Part shown: positions 30,420-30,664 of the stretch, one piece after another
How positions within the stretch are numbered: position 1 is the first letter of the stretch
Layout: every line of letters starts with the position of its first letter
Assembly (NCBI GenBank): GCA_013696595.1
Contig: JACCYG010000056.1
Span: forward strand, 1 to 30,664
Origin: Actinomycetota bacterium
GTDB taxonomy: Bacteria > Actinomycetota > Thermoleophilia > Gaiellales > Gaiellaceae
Direction: 5' to 3'
DNA: 30,664 bases
Program-made: the position numbers and the translations under genes
Notes under the pieces: generated by a model
Seen by the model: only the letters and a program-made list of their open reading frames with translations
Database searches by the model: none
What the model was told of the DNA's origin: nothing

Positions 30420-30664
30420 TTGCTCCGACGCTCCTGGATCACCCTCGCCGCCGTCGCGGTTCTCGTCGCGGCCGCGGGCCCCGCTCGCGCCGCCGGCGCG
30501 CCTCCCGAACCCGACGCCGAGGCGGTGCTCGTCGGCGACGGCCTGACGGGGGAGGTCCTCTACGCCTTGAACGCGAGGGAGCGCCTTCCCCAGGCGAGCA
30601 TCACCAAGCTGATGACGGCGATCGTCGTTCTCGACTGGGCGCGTCCGAACGAGGTCGTCACGGT
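30420..30664 (+). CDS. D-alanyl-D-alanine carboxypeptidase (peptidase S11), N-terminal part (runs off the window end)
   Basis: Manual translation from TTG 30420: MLRRSWITLAAVAVLVAAAGPARA (signal peptide) ...TGEVLYALNARERLPQASITKLMTAIVVL (SxxK). TAGATT lies 8 nt upstream. Confidence 0.88.
   Translation, partial: MLRRSWITLAAVAVLVAAAGPARAAGAPPEPDAEAVLVGDGLTGEVLYALNARERLPQASITKLMTAIVVLDWARPNEVVT

Noticed and set aside
1-30664. CRISPR array, IS/transposase, integrase, prophage, toxin-antitoxin or defence island
   Set aside because: No regularly spaced repeats with unique spacers, no DDE/HUH/tyrosine-recombinase or phage motifs, and no obvious compositional shift. The REP-like hairpins are dispersed rather than arrayed.

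Overview
Very GC-rich, tightly packed bacterial chromosomal segment with about 38 CDS and no rRNA, tRNA, CRISPR, transposase, integrase or phage genes. The murI-rph-rdgB order, the Gram-positive-type LexA box and pervasive leaderless starts suggest Actinomycetota, probably a deep branch such as Thermoleophilia/Gaiellales; this is inference. Recognisable genes are xseA (partial), a class A beta-lactamase-like serine hydrolase, acs, a monofunctional proline dehydrogenase, a FabL-like reductase, an EamA transporter, an MtnX-like HAD phosphatase, a group II PLP decarboxylase, AlkA, a GST, an alpha/beta hydrolase, a rhodanese, lutB-lutC (no lutA), a type 1 GATase, pabC- and pabB-like genes, murI, rph, MgtC, rdgB, a stand-alone cNMP-binding protein, YihY, a roadblock/LC7 protein, pyrE, HU, a DnaQ-UvrC-like fusion, pyrF, a LysM protein and a partial S11 D,D-carboxypeptidase. 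About nine proteins are uncharacterised. The most notable signals are non-coding: (1) a dispersed family of GTAG-headed REP-like hairpins, two sets of which bracket small unknown genes and one of which supplies a -10 box; (2) a 38-bp palindrome with 17-bp perfect arms centred on an SOS box; (3) a window-wide leaderless promoter pattern (TAnnnT, 6-10 nt, start codon), including a shared bidirectional -10 and stop codons reused as -10 boxes; (4) two mini-ORFs that overlap downstream start codons; (5) a structured 177-bp intergenic gap that may hold an sRNA. No database search or folding program was run, so all family calls rest on motifs read from the translation.
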